A DNA stretch of 64,000 nt from Podarcis gaigeae. Lineage: Eukaryota. This document shows positions 48,456 to 62,437 of this stretch, one piece after another; positions within the stretch are counted from its first letter, which is position 1, and each line of letters opens with the position of its first letter. The translations under genes were made by a program, and so were the position numbers. The notes beneath the pieces were generated by a model. That model was given only the letters and a program-made list of their open reading frames with translations. It had not been told where the DNA came from and made no database searches. Location of the stretch: the NCBI GenBank assembly GCA_964106915.2, contig OZ066921.1. One strand, 5' to 3'.

Positions 48456-49854
48456 CATCTCTCCCCCTTGTATTACTCCAAGGTGGCAAAGGAGGAAATG
48501 TGTTTCTTTTAAATCACTGGTCTTCAACTGTTGGGTTATGTACTTACCAAACTGGATTATATCAGAAGCAGTAACGACTGTCCTTTGGTGACTGACAGAG
48601 AGACAGTGTAGGAGAGGAAGAGGCACAGTGATGGATCTCATAGACAAACAGATATAGAAAATGCTGACAAACCGTCACTTGTGTAAAATAACTAACTAAC
48701 TGTGGCTCCTTTGTTTTCTGGGCCTGGAAAGGTTGATTGCCAGCGTTATCCACGGCAAGTCTTTTAGATGGGTAGAAATAACATGAAATAATGCAGGGGA
48801 GCTGACTATCACAATGAAAGACGTTAAACAACCTGCTGCAGAACGACCACAGCAGGGGTTTCTGGAAATCAGAACCTTAAAATGCTTCACAGCACCAGGC
48901 TATGCAATAGATTTGAGCCTTTATTGCTCTACTCTTGTCTAAGTGTCTGACAACAAAGTAAGCAAGAGGCACTTAGATCACAACTTGACAACCAACAAGC
49001 TAAGGTCCTGCAATGCTCCTACATCACAGCTACATAGCAGCTCAGGTTTAGCAACATTCATCTTCATTTGCCTGCTGCAAATGTGTTGAAGCCTCAGAAA
49101 GAGCTGCTGCCACTTTGATCTGGCTGCTCCGATTCTGCCAGCTGAGCAGGACTAAGTCAGGATGGCAAAGCAAGATAAGGGACGGCAACCTGAGAATCTG
49201 CCGTTTCCTGCACACAGTGGGAGAGCTGGCTGGTGGGGGACAGACATCCTTCTTGGCCAAGCCCATTGAACAGATCAAATAGCATGACTGGCCTCAAGCA
49301 AGCTGCGTCTTGCAGCCTGACCTAGCAGGGGTGCTCTTCCACTGACACTTGTCCCTTGCTTGATTTTTCTCCCTGTGGAGAGAATACAGAAACTGTCAAA
49401 GGCAGGTGATGGGTGAATAGCTATTGTCAACGTTGGGGTGTGCATGTGAGCTGTCATTCCATCCTGGGGTTCCCTCTGGGGCCTAGTGAGGCTGAACTCA
49501 GTGGAAACTCCATGGCTTGATAATTAGACTAGCTGAATCGGCCAAGCCATTTAGTGAAAACTCCCCCTCCCGCCCCCATGAATGAGGAGAAAAGTTTTGT
49601 ACTTGTAAGAACGTTTTGAATCGCTCTCTGCTGCCCTGTCCCATTTTGAGGAATAGATTTACAAATTACCCTCCTTTCAGCTTTTTCAGGCCACAAGTGT
49701 GCCAAGGTGAACAGAAAGCCCACAGCTCAGTGGGCCTTTCCACGAGCGGCTTCTTTGCTATGGCTTGTGCTGGCCTATGTTCTGAGGTAATTTCATGTGT
49801 CAAGATTTTGACTGTGTAACAATGGCCCATTTTCAGACTTGTCCACTTATTTAT

Positions 49855-50068
49855 TTTCATTTACTTGCTACATTTACACCCCACCTTTTACCTCAAGGAG
49901 CTCAAGGCAACGCACAACGCTTCCCTTCTCCTTTTCCCCCATGCAACAACTCTGTGAGGTTAGTCTGAGAGGCAGTGACTGGCTCAAGGTCAACCAGTGA
50001 GCTTCATAGCTAAGTGGGGATTTGAACCCAGGTTTCCTAGAGTCTAGTCTGACACTCTAGCCACTCTA
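49855..50068 (-). mobile_element. tRNA-derived SINE with L2-type tail (relatives at about 7230-7330, 30380-30500, 35820-36020, 59190-59310)
   Basis: B-box-like ggggatttgaaccc, acaactctgtgaggttag, aaggagctcaagg and TTTA tail. Confidence 0.65.
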
Positions 50069-51489
50069 GGGACCGATGTGAATTACGTTCGTAGCTAAAG
50101 TTGTCTAGCAGAGTGGTGTGAAAAATCCTTCTGTGCACCCCATGCCCCTCATTTTGAAGGAAATATGTCCAAAAATGTTCAGTGTCAAGACCTTTCTTGT
50201 AATCTATATTGTGCAGAAACACATTGGCAATTTCTGTTTCCCTGTGAGAGAACAAGTGAGGTCCAATTCTTTCTTGGCTTCAGTGCAGAGACTCAACTTC
50301 TCTCTCTCTCTCTCTCTCTACTCCACTCTCCCCACCCCTCCAGCCTTGCAGTATCTCTATAGCAACTACTGCCTTCACTTGAGCCTGCTCGTCTTCCACA
50401 TGGTGCACACAGAACTCAATAGACAGAAGGATTCCTCTCCGCTCTGTACTTAACATCCCTTGGGGAATAAACTCCAATATGTGTGGTCTCTGGCTTATCC
50501 GGCATTAGAGATGATACAGCTGAATGAAAGCTGCACAAAGGAGGGACAGGCCTGAACTATGGAGGCTGTTGATTTTCATAAGCAAACTAGGGAGCAGTGG
50601 TGGACTTTGGGGTCTCTAACTTCAGTGACGCCCTGTGTGCCCCCTGCTTCTTGTGCTCCATTCTAAATCATGGCTGCTGTGTCCTCCTGCAGCACCCCTG
50701 ATACTCTGTGACCAGTGTGACCGAACCGGTCATGCTCCCCTAAACCCGTCTCTGTAGGGAGACACTTTCTCTATCACCATTGTCCTATGCAATTTGGATT
50801 CCTCTCTAGGAAAGTCCAAGGTGCTTTTTCCAGTTCTGGAATCTGGCCACACCTTCTACCATAAAGATCTACTTTTAGAGTGCCTTCAGAGGAGACCACT
50901 CACTGTGCTTCTTTGTATGCCACTGCTGTGTGTGTGTGTCTTCTCTGACAGATGGTGATCCTCCTGCAACTTGTGTGTCAGGGAGTGACTGCAGAATCCA
51001 AAATCACCCTGCCCCCAGTGAAGGTCATTGGGAACGAGGCAAGGTCAGAACAGTGACTCATACACAGAAGCAGTGGGCAGACTCCTTGGGGAGTGGCTAG
51101 TTCTGTAGCAGAGGTGGGGAAACCTTGGCCTTATTATATGCTCCAGCCCATTCTCTCCTGCTCCTTCTATCTGCCTTGCAGTGATTTAGCTGTTAACAAG
51201 TGGGGTAAGAGAGGCTGGCATGTTGGCTTACATGTGAGGCCCAACCCCAGAGCACAACAATTGGAGTGCTGTGGCACCCATGATCTGGTCCATTCACACC
51301 CAACACTGATTATTTATCCCTAGTGAGCCTGATGGGAAAGGGTTGAGGCCAGGTCAGGGAATCATTCAGAGACACAGCAGGCCTCCTCCCTTGTGGGTCC
51401 TTGGCAGTTCTCTCTGTCAGCTTTCTGAGAGGGGTCAAAAACAAGCAAGCTGGAAGAATCCACTGGCTCTGTTTGGGCCAATTGTCACC

Positions 51490-51495
51490 TACACA

Positions 51496-51559
<64 letters not shown>
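51490..51559. repeat. Compound (AC)n(AG)n microsatellite
   Basis: Direct reading. Confidence 0.95.
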
Positions 51560-51561
<2 letters not shown>

Positions 51562-52423
51562 TGGCAAGCCCAGGTCTCCTAATCGTGTAACTCAGCAGTG
51601 TCCCTCCTCTGATTGTGTTTGTTTCTAACGCACACCTCCCAATTTTCAGTCCTTGGAGCTCTTTACTAAATTGAATCGATTTCCTTTGAGCAGCGAGCTG
51701 AGTTTTATTTAAGGGCAATTAGGCAGGAGGGGAGAGGCGGCTTCGGCTTGATGACACGATCCCTGCCGACTCCTGGGGGAAGGTGGAGGGTCAAAGCAGG
51801 CGTAAAGAGGGAGATCTGCATACACTGGGATTTTTAAGCAAAAACAAAGCCCCAGGGACACATTTTTGTGCGCGCTGATTTTTATTGGAGCAGAAATGCC
51901 CAGGTAGGGTGGGGTGGGGGAGGGTTTTTAATCTGCTCCTTTTGCACCACTTTTCAGATCTAAATCATCCCCCAAGGATCCTATGAGCACCCACAGTGTC
52001 CACAAAATAGATTGCATGTTACAGAAACCTCTATTTTTCCACTGGGTTGGGGGACTATTGGCAACATTGGGGATACTTTAAATTGTGGAAATTTCATGGA
52101 GAAGTGGGGGCAGTTTAGATAGGGGGAAAGAGTAGCTCCCCTTGTTCTCCCATGGCCACTGCTCTAATCAGATCTGCAGTCCCCCACCCCACAGCTGTTT
52201 TGAAATAAACTTGAAAGCCTTGGGGGAACAACTCGTGGATCTTCCACATCTCATCTGGTTTGGTCGAGAGAGAGGAGGGGGCTTATTTTAAACTAGGGCT
52301 GGGCAGACTTAAGGTTTTTGGGGTCTACTTAAAATAACAAAAAAACTGGAAACTGCCAGCTAGTGCAAATCCCACAACATGGTGTCCTGTGACGACCCCA
52401 AACTTTTGCAGCTGCAAAATAGA

Positions 52424-52424
<1 letters not shown>

Positions 52425-52455
<31 letters not shown>
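52425..52455. repeat. (AATC)n microsatellite at the tail of a LINE-like fragment
   Basis: Direct reading. Confidence 0.9.
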
Positions 52456-52456
<1 letters not shown>

Positions 52457-53497
52457 GTTTGCATACCACCCTTCCTCTGAAGATCTCAAGGCAGTTCACA
52501 AAATAAAAACACAAAATACATAATAAAAATAAGAACAAACCAAACTAAACAAATAACTTCACTCCCAATAAACACAACACAAGCAAAGACACAGCATTAA
52601 AAGCAGGGCTCCATATGACTGCCTCAACAGCACCATGAACACAAATCTTCATGAATGCACAATTCAAAGGAAGCCTGTAGGGCTCCCAAGTTTCTACTGA
52701 GGCTCTTCAGTTTCCTTCATGCCCTCCTCTCCACCAGTGCTGGTATTTATAAACCTTTTCTCCAGGGTGTTTCACCTCTCAGCTTTTTGAACTGGCTGTG
52801 AGTATCTCCAGTGCATGTACACACACACATGTGTACGAGAAGCTTGGTCTTTCCAAAGCAAGATCTCTCCAGTGCCAGAAAGGCAAACCGAGAGAGAGGT
52901 CAGAGAGAAGCCCTCTGAAGTTCCACAAGGATGTTTGATGGACAGCTGACATTCCAATCTGCCCTCACTGGCCTCCTTGTCCAGCTTGTCTCCACACCAG
53001 AGCAGAAGGGTCGAGGTCAGTGCAGGAGGTGATGCTTGCCCAGAACCTTTGTGTCTGTGGGGGATGGCAGATGCATGGAATGGTGGGAGAACAGACTCGA
53101 GGTTGGTAAAGAGACGGTGGCACATTTGAACTGCATCTGCCCATGCAAAATTGAGGCATGCCCCACGTTGCTGCTGACTTCATGTGGTTTTTAATACTCA
53201 ATGCTTTTAAGGAACGTTTTGGTAGGATTGAATTAAATCCTAGCATCTTTGGGGAAAATTTTCAGACTGAAAATTGGAAACCATTTGGCCCAGGCCTTTG
53301 GACATCACTTGCCTGGAGACAAAGCCAGGAACAAGGTGATGGGACTGTGACTATTTCACTCTGTGAAATAGTGAAATACAGTTACTGACTTACACTTGCA
53401 TGCATGCAAGGGTTAACTTGAGCTCAGGTTGCCAGTGAGGGGTGGTGGGGGTGGTGGAACCTAACAGGTTTCCTGCAGCATTTTGTTTTCTCCCTCC

Positions 53498-53500
<3 letters not shown>

Positions 53501-53539
<39 letters not shown>
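53501..53539. repeat. (TC)n microsatellite
   Basis: Direct reading. Confidence 0.95.
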
Positions 53540-53541
<2 letters not shown>

Positions 53542-55346
53542 TTTCTGGAACAAGGAAGGAGCCATGTGGCTATGGCTCCCAACAGCAAGAAAAACCAAGT
53601 GAACTGAATCTCCCCAAAGGGAGGTTTTAAAGCATGCATCTTTGCTAACCTAAAGAGTGCATGATGCTTTTGGTAAGGAAACAAAGTTGTTTTTCTTTTT
53701 AAGTCATTTGGAAGCTTTTTTCATTTTCACTTTACAGTACTGCCAATGGATGGCAACTTGTTTGCTGTTACTTCTTGAAGCTCTTTAAGTAAAACATTCA
53801 CTTATTTGCAAAGCTAAGTGTGTGATTTATTTTAGCTGAAGTATTTTCATGGGGAATGTTTGTTTAAAGTTGGATTAGGGCAGATGTAAATCTAGCAAAG
53901 TTTTAATGTGCCTGGAGTAATCACCATTGTGCTAACTCTGCTAAGAAGAATCTCTTTTCCAAACCTCTCTCTGCAACACACTCTGTGCTTTCCTGAACAT
54001 TGTAGTTGAATTTCTATGGCATTTTGCCTGCATTTAGTTTAATCCAAGGTTTACCATGGTTTGGCCCTAGAAGTACTTTTCAGTGCCAAGTTGCATTCCT
54101 GGGATGCAGGGTGAGAATGAGAAAATGAAATAAAACAGAAACCTCTTTCAGGGAGGAATAAAACTTTTGGGAAATTGAAGGACAGGGTTTGGCACATTAC
54201 TAATCTGAATGGTGGAAGGAGAGACTGGTATAGGGGGAGCCCGACTGGCAGGCTGTGATCTCCTTGTGAGCTGCCCAGAACCATCTAGCTGGCTGCTGGA
54301 TCTGACCCAGCAGGACTCTTCTTCTGAATGGTGTGTGTATGTGTGGAAAGGGGAAGCTGGTAAGGACTGGACCAATCCCTCCACAGCCCCTTTCCTACCT
54401 CTTTTCTGCTTGAGCTTTGCACATATTAGAAGACAGGTGGAGACATCTGTCTTGCTGCAAGATGCTGATGAGTTTGATCTCTTCCTTACAAGGTCTCCCC
54501 TGCCTGCCTGCCTTTGTGTGCGCGCAAACAGCCTTTCTCAAGGATTCTGGGAGTGATGAAGAAGAATGCAGGCCTGGGAGGTGTGTGGGATGAGAGTGGG
54601 GACACATACAGCTGACAGTTCCTTTTATCGCCCCCGTTAAATGACTGTTTCACTAACTGATGTTTAATTATCTCGCAGAGGCTTGTTAATGGGATTTTGG
54701 TGGCCTTGAGTTGCTTGCAATTCAAAGGCTTCTAAATGTGTGATTATCACTCTTGTATGAGGCATAAAAAGCAGCTGCCTCTCTTTGCTGCTGTTGCCAC
54801 AATCACAAAAATGGTTGTTGTTTTGAGGGGCCTAGCTGTAACTTACAATTGCTAGAGATGAGCTGAGGATTCAGGGTGGTTTCTTTCCCCATTAGGGGTG
54901 AAGAATAACTTGCAAAGGAAACAAGCACAGTTGTGTGTCACCTAGAAATCAGTCCCATGGTTGCAAGCTTTGCCTAAATATACATACTTCCAACATTTTG
55001 CAGATGAACAGTCTTTTTAACACTCTTCCTTCTCTCCCCTCGCCCCCCACTTTCACTAAGGTAAGCTGCTGAAAGCTCATTTCTCTCTTTCTGTTCTACA
55101 TGTAGGGTCGTCACCTTTTCATTGGCTCTTGCTGTTGTGTCTTGGTCATATGGTATGGCAACAGCAAAATGTCACATTGCTGGCTCCATACTGCAGATCA
55201 AGTCTCTATTAAAGGCACAGCTACAAGGGCAAAGAGAAAAGTTGGCCACCTTGGCTGTAGGCATTCCTGCTTTCCTATGCAAGAGCCTGTTGTGCTTTTG
55301 AACTGGGGGGGTCAGTACACGGAAAGACTGGAGAAGCATCCTTATA

Positions 55347-55572
55347 CAGTGGTACCTCAGGTTACAGACGCTTCAGGTTACGGACTCCGCTAACCCAGAA
55401 ATAGTACCTTGGATTAAGAACTTTGCTTCAGGATGAGAACAGAAATCGTGCGGTGGTGGCGCGGTGACAGCAGGAGGCCCCGTTAGCTAAAGTGGTGCTT
55501 CAGGTTAAGAACAGTTTCAGGTTAAGAACGGACCTCCAGAACGAATTAAGTTCTTAACCTGAGGTACCACTG
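55347..55572. mobile_element. Tc1/mariner-superfamily MITE
   Basis: TA-CAGTGGTACCTCAGGTTA ... TAACCTGAGGTACCACTG-TA. Confidence 0.93.
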
Positions 55573-55745
55573 TATTTTCCCTTTGCTAACCCCAAGGAAG
55601 GAAAACTAGGCCATTAAAAATAAAAAGCTCCCCTGAATGGCAAAATAGGGACAGAGAATTGTGACTCCCCTGGGTCAATAGGGATGAGAACACGGGCAGT
55701 TGAAATTCTGTCCATCATTGGGTGACTGACTGCTCACCTTGGGGT

Positions 55746-56058
55746 GTAAGACCATAAGAAGAGCCTGCTGGATCAGGCCCATGGCCCATCTCGTCCAGCA
55801 TCCTGTTCTCACAGTGGCCAACCAGGTGACTGTGGAAAACTGATAAGGAAGACTTAAGCACATCAGCATTCTTCCCTCCTGTGGTTTCCAGCAAGCAGTG
55901 CTCGGGAACACGATTGCCTCTGATCATGGAAGCAGAACATAGCCATTGTGGCTAGCAGAAACTGATAGCCTTATCCTTCATGAATTTGTCCAATCCTCTT
56001 TTAAAGTCATCCAAGCTGGTGGCTATCATTGCCTCCTGTGGGAGTGAGTTCCATAGTT
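55746..56058 (-). mobile_element. CR1 LINE 3' end
   Basis: cataagaagagcctgctggatcaggcc...catgaatttgtccaatcctcttttaaag. Confidence 0.82.
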
Positions 56059-57529
56059 AAAGTAGGAATGGATTTAGACACTAGGAGAGGATATATTGTT
56101 TAGTTATTATCTATCCTTGCTCATGTTAGTGAGATCAGCAGAGTAGTATCCTTTGCAGCTTAAACTTGGAAGCTAAGCCAAGGTTGATTTAACCTTCTAG
56201 AAACAATAATCCAGGATGCTTTGAGGCAGACTGAATTTTCCTGGTATTGCAATCACACACACATTGTTTTGGGAAGAAATAAAAGGAGTATTTAATTACA
56301 TAATCTAGATCTCGAAGCAGCAATTACAGTAGCAAAATAAAGGCAGGCTTATAGGTAATATCTACGTTACGAAAGTACAAAATCTAAGTTCAAAAATGGT
56401 GTCTGAGCTACAGAGCTCAGACATGCATGTATGGCCAGCTTTGAAGCATGATGAAGAAAGAAAAAGGGAGCAGGTGATGATGGGAAAGGTCAGCTTCCAG
56501 TCAGAGTAGACAAGCTTGGCTTTGATGGACCTATAAGTTGGCTCCCTTTGTTCTTTACTTAAGCAGACCAAAACACCCAGGTCTCTGCCAGTGAGCTAAT
56601 CATCTAAATTTGGGCGTGGAAGGAACAGGAGAGAAAGGAAGGACCTGATCCATGCTGTGTCATGGCATGCATGGAAGCCTTGACTAGCTGATATGTGGGG
56701 ATACCCAGAGGCCTCTAACTGTAAGGTCTGTCTCAGTGGAGAGGCCTTCAGAATGTGGCAGAAGCCATGGAATTTTTGCTCTCCTTTCAAAATGTGACCC
56801 AGATTTTAAAAAGCAGGTGTAGGCGCAAAGAACAAGGTGCGCTCCAAGCAAGAGGCAGGCAGTGGTAGCAATGTTAGCCTTGCCATCCAGGGGGCACCAT
56901 GATGGGAATTACCCCTGCTAAGAGTGTCAGGTTCCCACTAGGGGACACTGCCATGCAAACACAGAAGTGGTCTATTTGATAATGCTGTTTTGAACACTGC
57001 AGAATATTAGGATGCAACAGTTGGCCTTTTCCTTACCCCCCCCACTTCCTTTTGCCACTTATCCTCTGAAGTTTCCTTTCACAAACTGAACCACTGTCAA
57101 AACCACTGTCTTTGTGAGCTGGTTTCTCTCCCAGGGGACTCCCCCTCCCTTTGAAGAGGCTTCTCTGCTGATTTAACAGTAATTCTTTGTTTGCATTTTT
57201 TCCTGAACTGCTCATCCGAGGCTCTCCAAACATTTTGCTGATGTTAATTAAGCCTCATGGCACCCCACTCTGTGAGGCCAGGTAAGGCTGACTGCCACAG
57301 GGGGCATGGATTCTCAAGGATACTTGGAGTGCTGGGCTGGGGACAAAGTTTGGAAGGAGAGCCTTGTGGCATCTTGAGCTTCAGTGGCTCTGGCCCATGT
57401 CAAGAATCCACCCTTACTTGGAGCAAGGAGAACAGCATCATTATCATAATCATTGTTGTTAGTGTTGCATGATTTCCCCTTTTTGAAATGGTTATGTGGT
57501 CTAAGACTTCAAGGCAGCCTTACAATATA

Positions 57530-57882
57530 CGGTATTTTTTGCCCTATAGGACACACCGGCCCATAGGATGCACCTATTTTTTTTTGGAGGGGGAATAAAG
57601 GGGAAAAAAATATTTCCCCCCCAGGTGCAGGGCAGAACAGGCAGCTCCCCGCAAGCCATGGGAGCCCAGCGCTGGGTTCCCACAGCTTGCGGAGAGCTGC
57701 GTGAAGCTAAGCCTGGGTGTGCTGCGCCTCCCCGCTGTCCCCCAGCTTCTCCCCGCCGCCAGCCTCCAAACCAGGTCCGGGGACAGCGGGATGGCGCGCT
57801 GCATTCGCCCCATAGGACGCACACACATTTCCCCTTCATTTTTGGAGGGGAAAAAGTGCGTCCTATAGGGCAAAAAATATGT
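57530..57882. mobile_element. Tc1/mariner-superfamily MITE, second family
   Basis: TIR cggtattttttgccctataggacacac / gtgcgtcctatagggcaaaaaatatgt, flanked by TA. Confidence 0.85.
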
Positions 57883-58302
57883 TATTCTTATACCAACCCC
57901 ATTCTCTAAGTGGCAAGAGAGCCAGAAAATCAAAAAGTTGGAAGGGACCGCGACCAGGAGTTTTTGCACAGGGTTCAGGTTTTTGGAATGAAGGACAATG
58001 GAGACTGTGGTGTCCTTCGAATATATGGTTTTATTTACACATAAATACAACCTGAGCATAGGATGAAGGGGTCCAAAGCATGAATGTTTCAACTGATCTT
58101 GCCCCTCTATTAGGTTTTCGGGGAAGCCCCTGGCCATGGCTTTTTGTGTTGATGCAGACAGATTTTGCTCAGTACAAATGACGAAACAATGCTTTCCCTG
58201 TATATGAAGAAAAAGAACATCTTTGTGGGGCATTAGAACAATTCTTGCAGGCATTGCCTCCTATCCTATCTATGTGAAACATATGTTTGTGGTTTTTTGT
58301 CA

Positions 58303-58349
58303 AGGTAAAAAGTAAAGGTAAAGGACCCCTGCGCTCCTCTTTGTGTGTT

Positions 58350-58380
<31 letters not shown>

Positions 58381-58381
58381 T
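58303..58381 (-). repeat. Isolated Sauria-SINE tail (aaggtaaa repeats + ggacccctg) followed by (GT)n
   Basis: Matches the extreme 3' end of the full copies. Confidence 0.65.
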
Positions 58382-59331
58382 TGTGGTTACCCCTTGATGA
58401 GGGAAAGGTATTTTGCATACGCTCAAAATCACCCTTTTCTTCACAGTTCCTGAAGGCCTTCCTAGCTGAGACCTAGCACTGAAATTAGGTTTTGGGGCTA
58501 AGCCCTTGTGGTGCTGACCCCAATGAAGCTCTGCTCTGCCCCAGTGCCAGAGACAGTGCTATGAGGAGGCACCCTTGTTTTTTCATGCAGGGACTTTAAT
58601 GCTGCAGTGGGGATGGAGGAAGTGAAGGGGACCAGAGGGAGGGAGGAAGGTGGCAATTGGCTTTGTGTTGCCTGTGGAATGTGCCCACCAGACTGTTCAC
58701 TGTCAGGGCATAATTGTCTGAGAAACGCTTGAAATCTCCACTTAATAAGCCAGCAATCTGCCAAAGTAATTAGTATTTACATGTTAGCCTGGTGTATTCT
58801 ATGAATAGTTAATGGGCCGGGTGCCCATCAAGAGACCCCCTCAGAGCCTCCACAATGCTGACACAAACATATGAATATTCATGCTGTGGGAACCCGAGTG
58901 CTTGAGCAGAGAAGGAGATTGACAGGTGTCAGTCTCTCTCCACTGGGGCATGGAGGTTGGCACAAGGGACTTTGCCCAGGGTTATTTTAGGTGTGTTTGG
59001 ATTGACCCAGAGCACTATCCATAAAACCCTCAGCCTGACGTGCAAATGTTGATGTGGAGTGTCTGATGGATGGTGCCTCACCAGGGCTGGGCTTGGACTA
59101 TTCTTCTGTACATCAGAAATAGGTGATAATTTCTGATGTCCAGACGGAGCTCCAGAGCAGGGTTTTCAAGAGGAGGCATGCAAACTAAGCTTCAAATCCC
59201 CATTGGGTCATGACGCTGACTGGGTGGCCTTGAGCTAGTCACCAAAGCTCAGCCTAACCTTCCCCACAGGGTTGTTGTATGGATAAAAATGGTGAAGAGC
59301 AATTTGGAGGAAAGGTAGGATAGAAAAGTAA

Positions 59332-59377
59332 TAGGTAGGTAGGTAGGTAGGAAGGAAGGAAGGAAGGAAGGAAGGAA
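59332..59377. repeat. (AGGT)n(AGGA)n microsatellite
   Basis: Direct reading. Confidence 0.92.
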
Positions 59378-60613
59378 AAGCTCTTTCTGATGTCTCTGAG
59401 TATCCCATGCAAAGTGGGAATGATGTTGGGACAGCTGGTTCACTTGCCAAGGGAATGGCAAAGCTCTCTGTTCTAGTCTCTCATTGAGTGCGGAGTAGTA
59501 ATGTGAAGAAAAGGGTGCCTCTGAGTGGAAATGTTTGGGGTCTAAGCTCAGGTGCACCCTGACTCCAATTGGGCCTTGGAGCCCCCTGTTTCTAGCATCT
59601 CACATAGGCAGGAAAGAGCCCATTTCCCATCAGACCCGGCCCTTCAGCTGTGGGGCTCCTGGTCTGAGAATTATAGGGAGGGTCTGACCATGAGGAAACA
59701 GGTGGGGCCCATGACCTCTGTGGGTGGATCTGGTGGCCCTCTTTCCCCATGCTTTCCTGCTCCTTTTCTTTCTGTCCTGGAGAGTATTTGAAGCCTGACA
59801 TCCAGGAAATAAATGGGAAATTACAGGCCTATTGACTGCTTCTGAGATGGAGCAGACAGCTCCTTTATTAAAGCAAAGCCGGCTGATGGATTCCTTGGCT
59901 TTGCACTGGGGGCCTGCTGCTTGCTGCCCTTGTGGACCTGATGGGACGTGCGCAACACCTTGCACCCTCCCCTTTCCCCATTTGCAGCTGGAATTATTGT
60001 CCATTGATTTCCTGGCTCTCATTTTTAATGGGCATTGATGCTTCAGGCCACAGGATAGTGGGTTGCGTACTGGTGTGTGAGGGGCCGTTTCTGCTCCCAG
60101 CACCTCCAAGTTGCAGGAAGCTGAGAAGTTTCTGGTGCTCAGGTATAAGAGGTGACACATGTCCCTGGGTACAGAAGCTGGGGCAGCCTTCTTCAGCCAT
60201 GGATTGTTTCAACTGGGGAAGACAGTAGATCTAGAGGCTTTATAGCAGACAGTGCCACTAGATTGGTTCACTTGTACCAGCTGATTCCTAGGACCAGGAG
60301 GATTCTGGGATGTCTTGCTAGTGTGGTAACTCAGAACCAAAAGGCTCCTGGGTAGACAGACTCGCTACACCTGCTGCCACAGGGAGGCAGGATGAGTAAT
60401 AGGGAAGGGGGCTGATGCCCAGGTAGAAGGGAGTTAGAAGTCACAGTGGGTGATGCAGCATGGGGCAGAACCTCACCTAAGCCATGGGCTCACTAGGTGA
60501 TAAGGGGCACTCTTCTCTCTGGTGATAATAATGCTATCCTGCTTTGGAGGGTATTTTTAAAATAACTGAGAAATTGTGAGCACTGGGCTTTGCAAACTTG
60601 AAATGCTCTCCAT

Positions 60614-60797
60614 CAGTGGTTCCCAATTATCTAAGTACTGCGGGCCCCAGTTTTTCAAAGGCCAAGCCATGAACCCCCTACTTTTGAAATTGCTGATATC
60701 TCTATAGCAGTTTTTGTTATGTGAATGGTACCAAGGATTCCCTAGGTGGTTTACGTGAACCCCCTGGGGTCCACAGACCACCAGTTGGGGACCACTG
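60614..60797. mobile_element. hAT-type non-autonomous element
   Basis: TIR cagtggttcccaatt / agttggggaccactg; degenerate 8-bp TSD CTCTCCAT / CTCTATAT. Confidence 0.7.
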
Positions 60798-62437
60798 CTC
60801 TATATCATGGGTGGGAAGCCTCCCATCGACCTCCATTTCCCATCGTTCCTGACCAATGACCATTCTGCCTGGGGCTGATGGGAGTTGGAGTCCAACAACA
60901 TCTAGAAGGCTGCAGGCTTCTCACATCTGCAAATTCTGATGGTAGATATTTTACAGCTGTTTTCTGGGTGTGCTCTTCTGTGAATATCAACTCTTTAGAA
61001 CCGGCATTTGACATCCAACAACTTTTTGCACAGCGCTCGGTATTTGGCTTTGTTTGACAAGTGACATACAGTGATATCTGACATGCAGCAATGAAAATCT
61101 GATGGTATCTGACAGCAAGCTGAGATGCTTTGCATTATTCTCATATATTTGGCGAGCAAAACATTAAAAAAAGATAGCAAATCCCAACATCAGTCTATAA
61201 ATTTTGAAATTCCCTATGTCTCAGAGGTTTTTGAAATTTTAATTTCATCTCTGATAGGAGCAGCTGAGCATCACCTTTTCAACCACACCTTAGGCCAGTT
61301 TAAGGACTAGCAGCGTGCTCTGTTATGCAGCTCTTCCCCTTGTATTGTGTAGAATAAAGGTCTCAAGAGGCACCTTGTCTTGAGGCACATCCTGGATTCC
61401 CACTGCCCAGGTTGCACCTCTTCCTTGTGATTGTCTGCCCCTCCCAACTGTGGGTGAGTTATCTGAGCTGGATCAATGTTGTTGTGAGGAACAAGAGGTT
61501 CATTGATCCTCAAGAATAATCCCCCCCTTAGAATGCAGCCAATTAAGTCCGTCTAATTAAAACAAACGGCCTAGTATGTTTCAATCTGAACAGCTCCCCT
61601 GAGAAGGTCAATGACATCCGGAAAATGACTGTGGGTTATTTGGAAGGGTGGGGTGGAGTGGAGGCAGCACAGATATTTGTCTCTGCATGAGCCGAATTGG
61701 AAGGTGTGTTCACATGAAAAAGAGCTGAGCTGAGCTTTATCTCAAGTCTAGGGGGTGAATCTGGGTGAAGATTCTCAAAAGATTCTCTGATAACCTGGTG
61801 TCCTCCAGGCATTTTGGACTGTAAGTCCCAGCAGCCCCCACAAACTGCAATAAAATTCAGCCCTGAAACCACCCAACCTTGCAGCGACCCCTGAGAACTT
61901 GGACTGAGAGGGGTTTGTGAGTAATTCCATGATGAATAATTTGGAGTGTGTGAGAACTCTTTGGCACAAAAGGATCCCTGGAAGATCTCAAATATTCCCC
62001 CTTTACATTTTTTTTGGTGCCCATTCAGTTCTCTTTGCCGACCCCCTGTGTCAGTAGCTTCAGTGTCATTTTAAAAACGTTGTTGTTGTTTACCTTGGGT
62101 GTGTGTTAAACAAGATCCTAGACAATCAGGGATGACCAACATGTTTTTGTCACGTTGTCAATCTATTGTGCCTCTGTAATGATGTCACTGGGGGCTAATG
62201 GAACCCTTGTAAAATTGCCCCCTTTTTGAACTGGGTGGCGGGGGTGTGGAGAGACCTTCAGCCCATTTCCCTTCCAACCCAAAAACCATTTTGCTCAAGT
62301 CCAAGGAAAGATATCTGTATGCAAACCATGTGCTGTAGAGAGGAACCAATGTTGTGAACCTCAACACACATGGGAGTGAGAATAATGTTTATCTGTGCTA
62401 CATTGTATTCAAAGGGATGTGAATATGAATACATCAG

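Noticed and set aside
57574-58254. 226-aa ORF, longest non-retroelement ORF
   Set aside because: Runs through a MITE, has a non-ATG start and no recognisable domain
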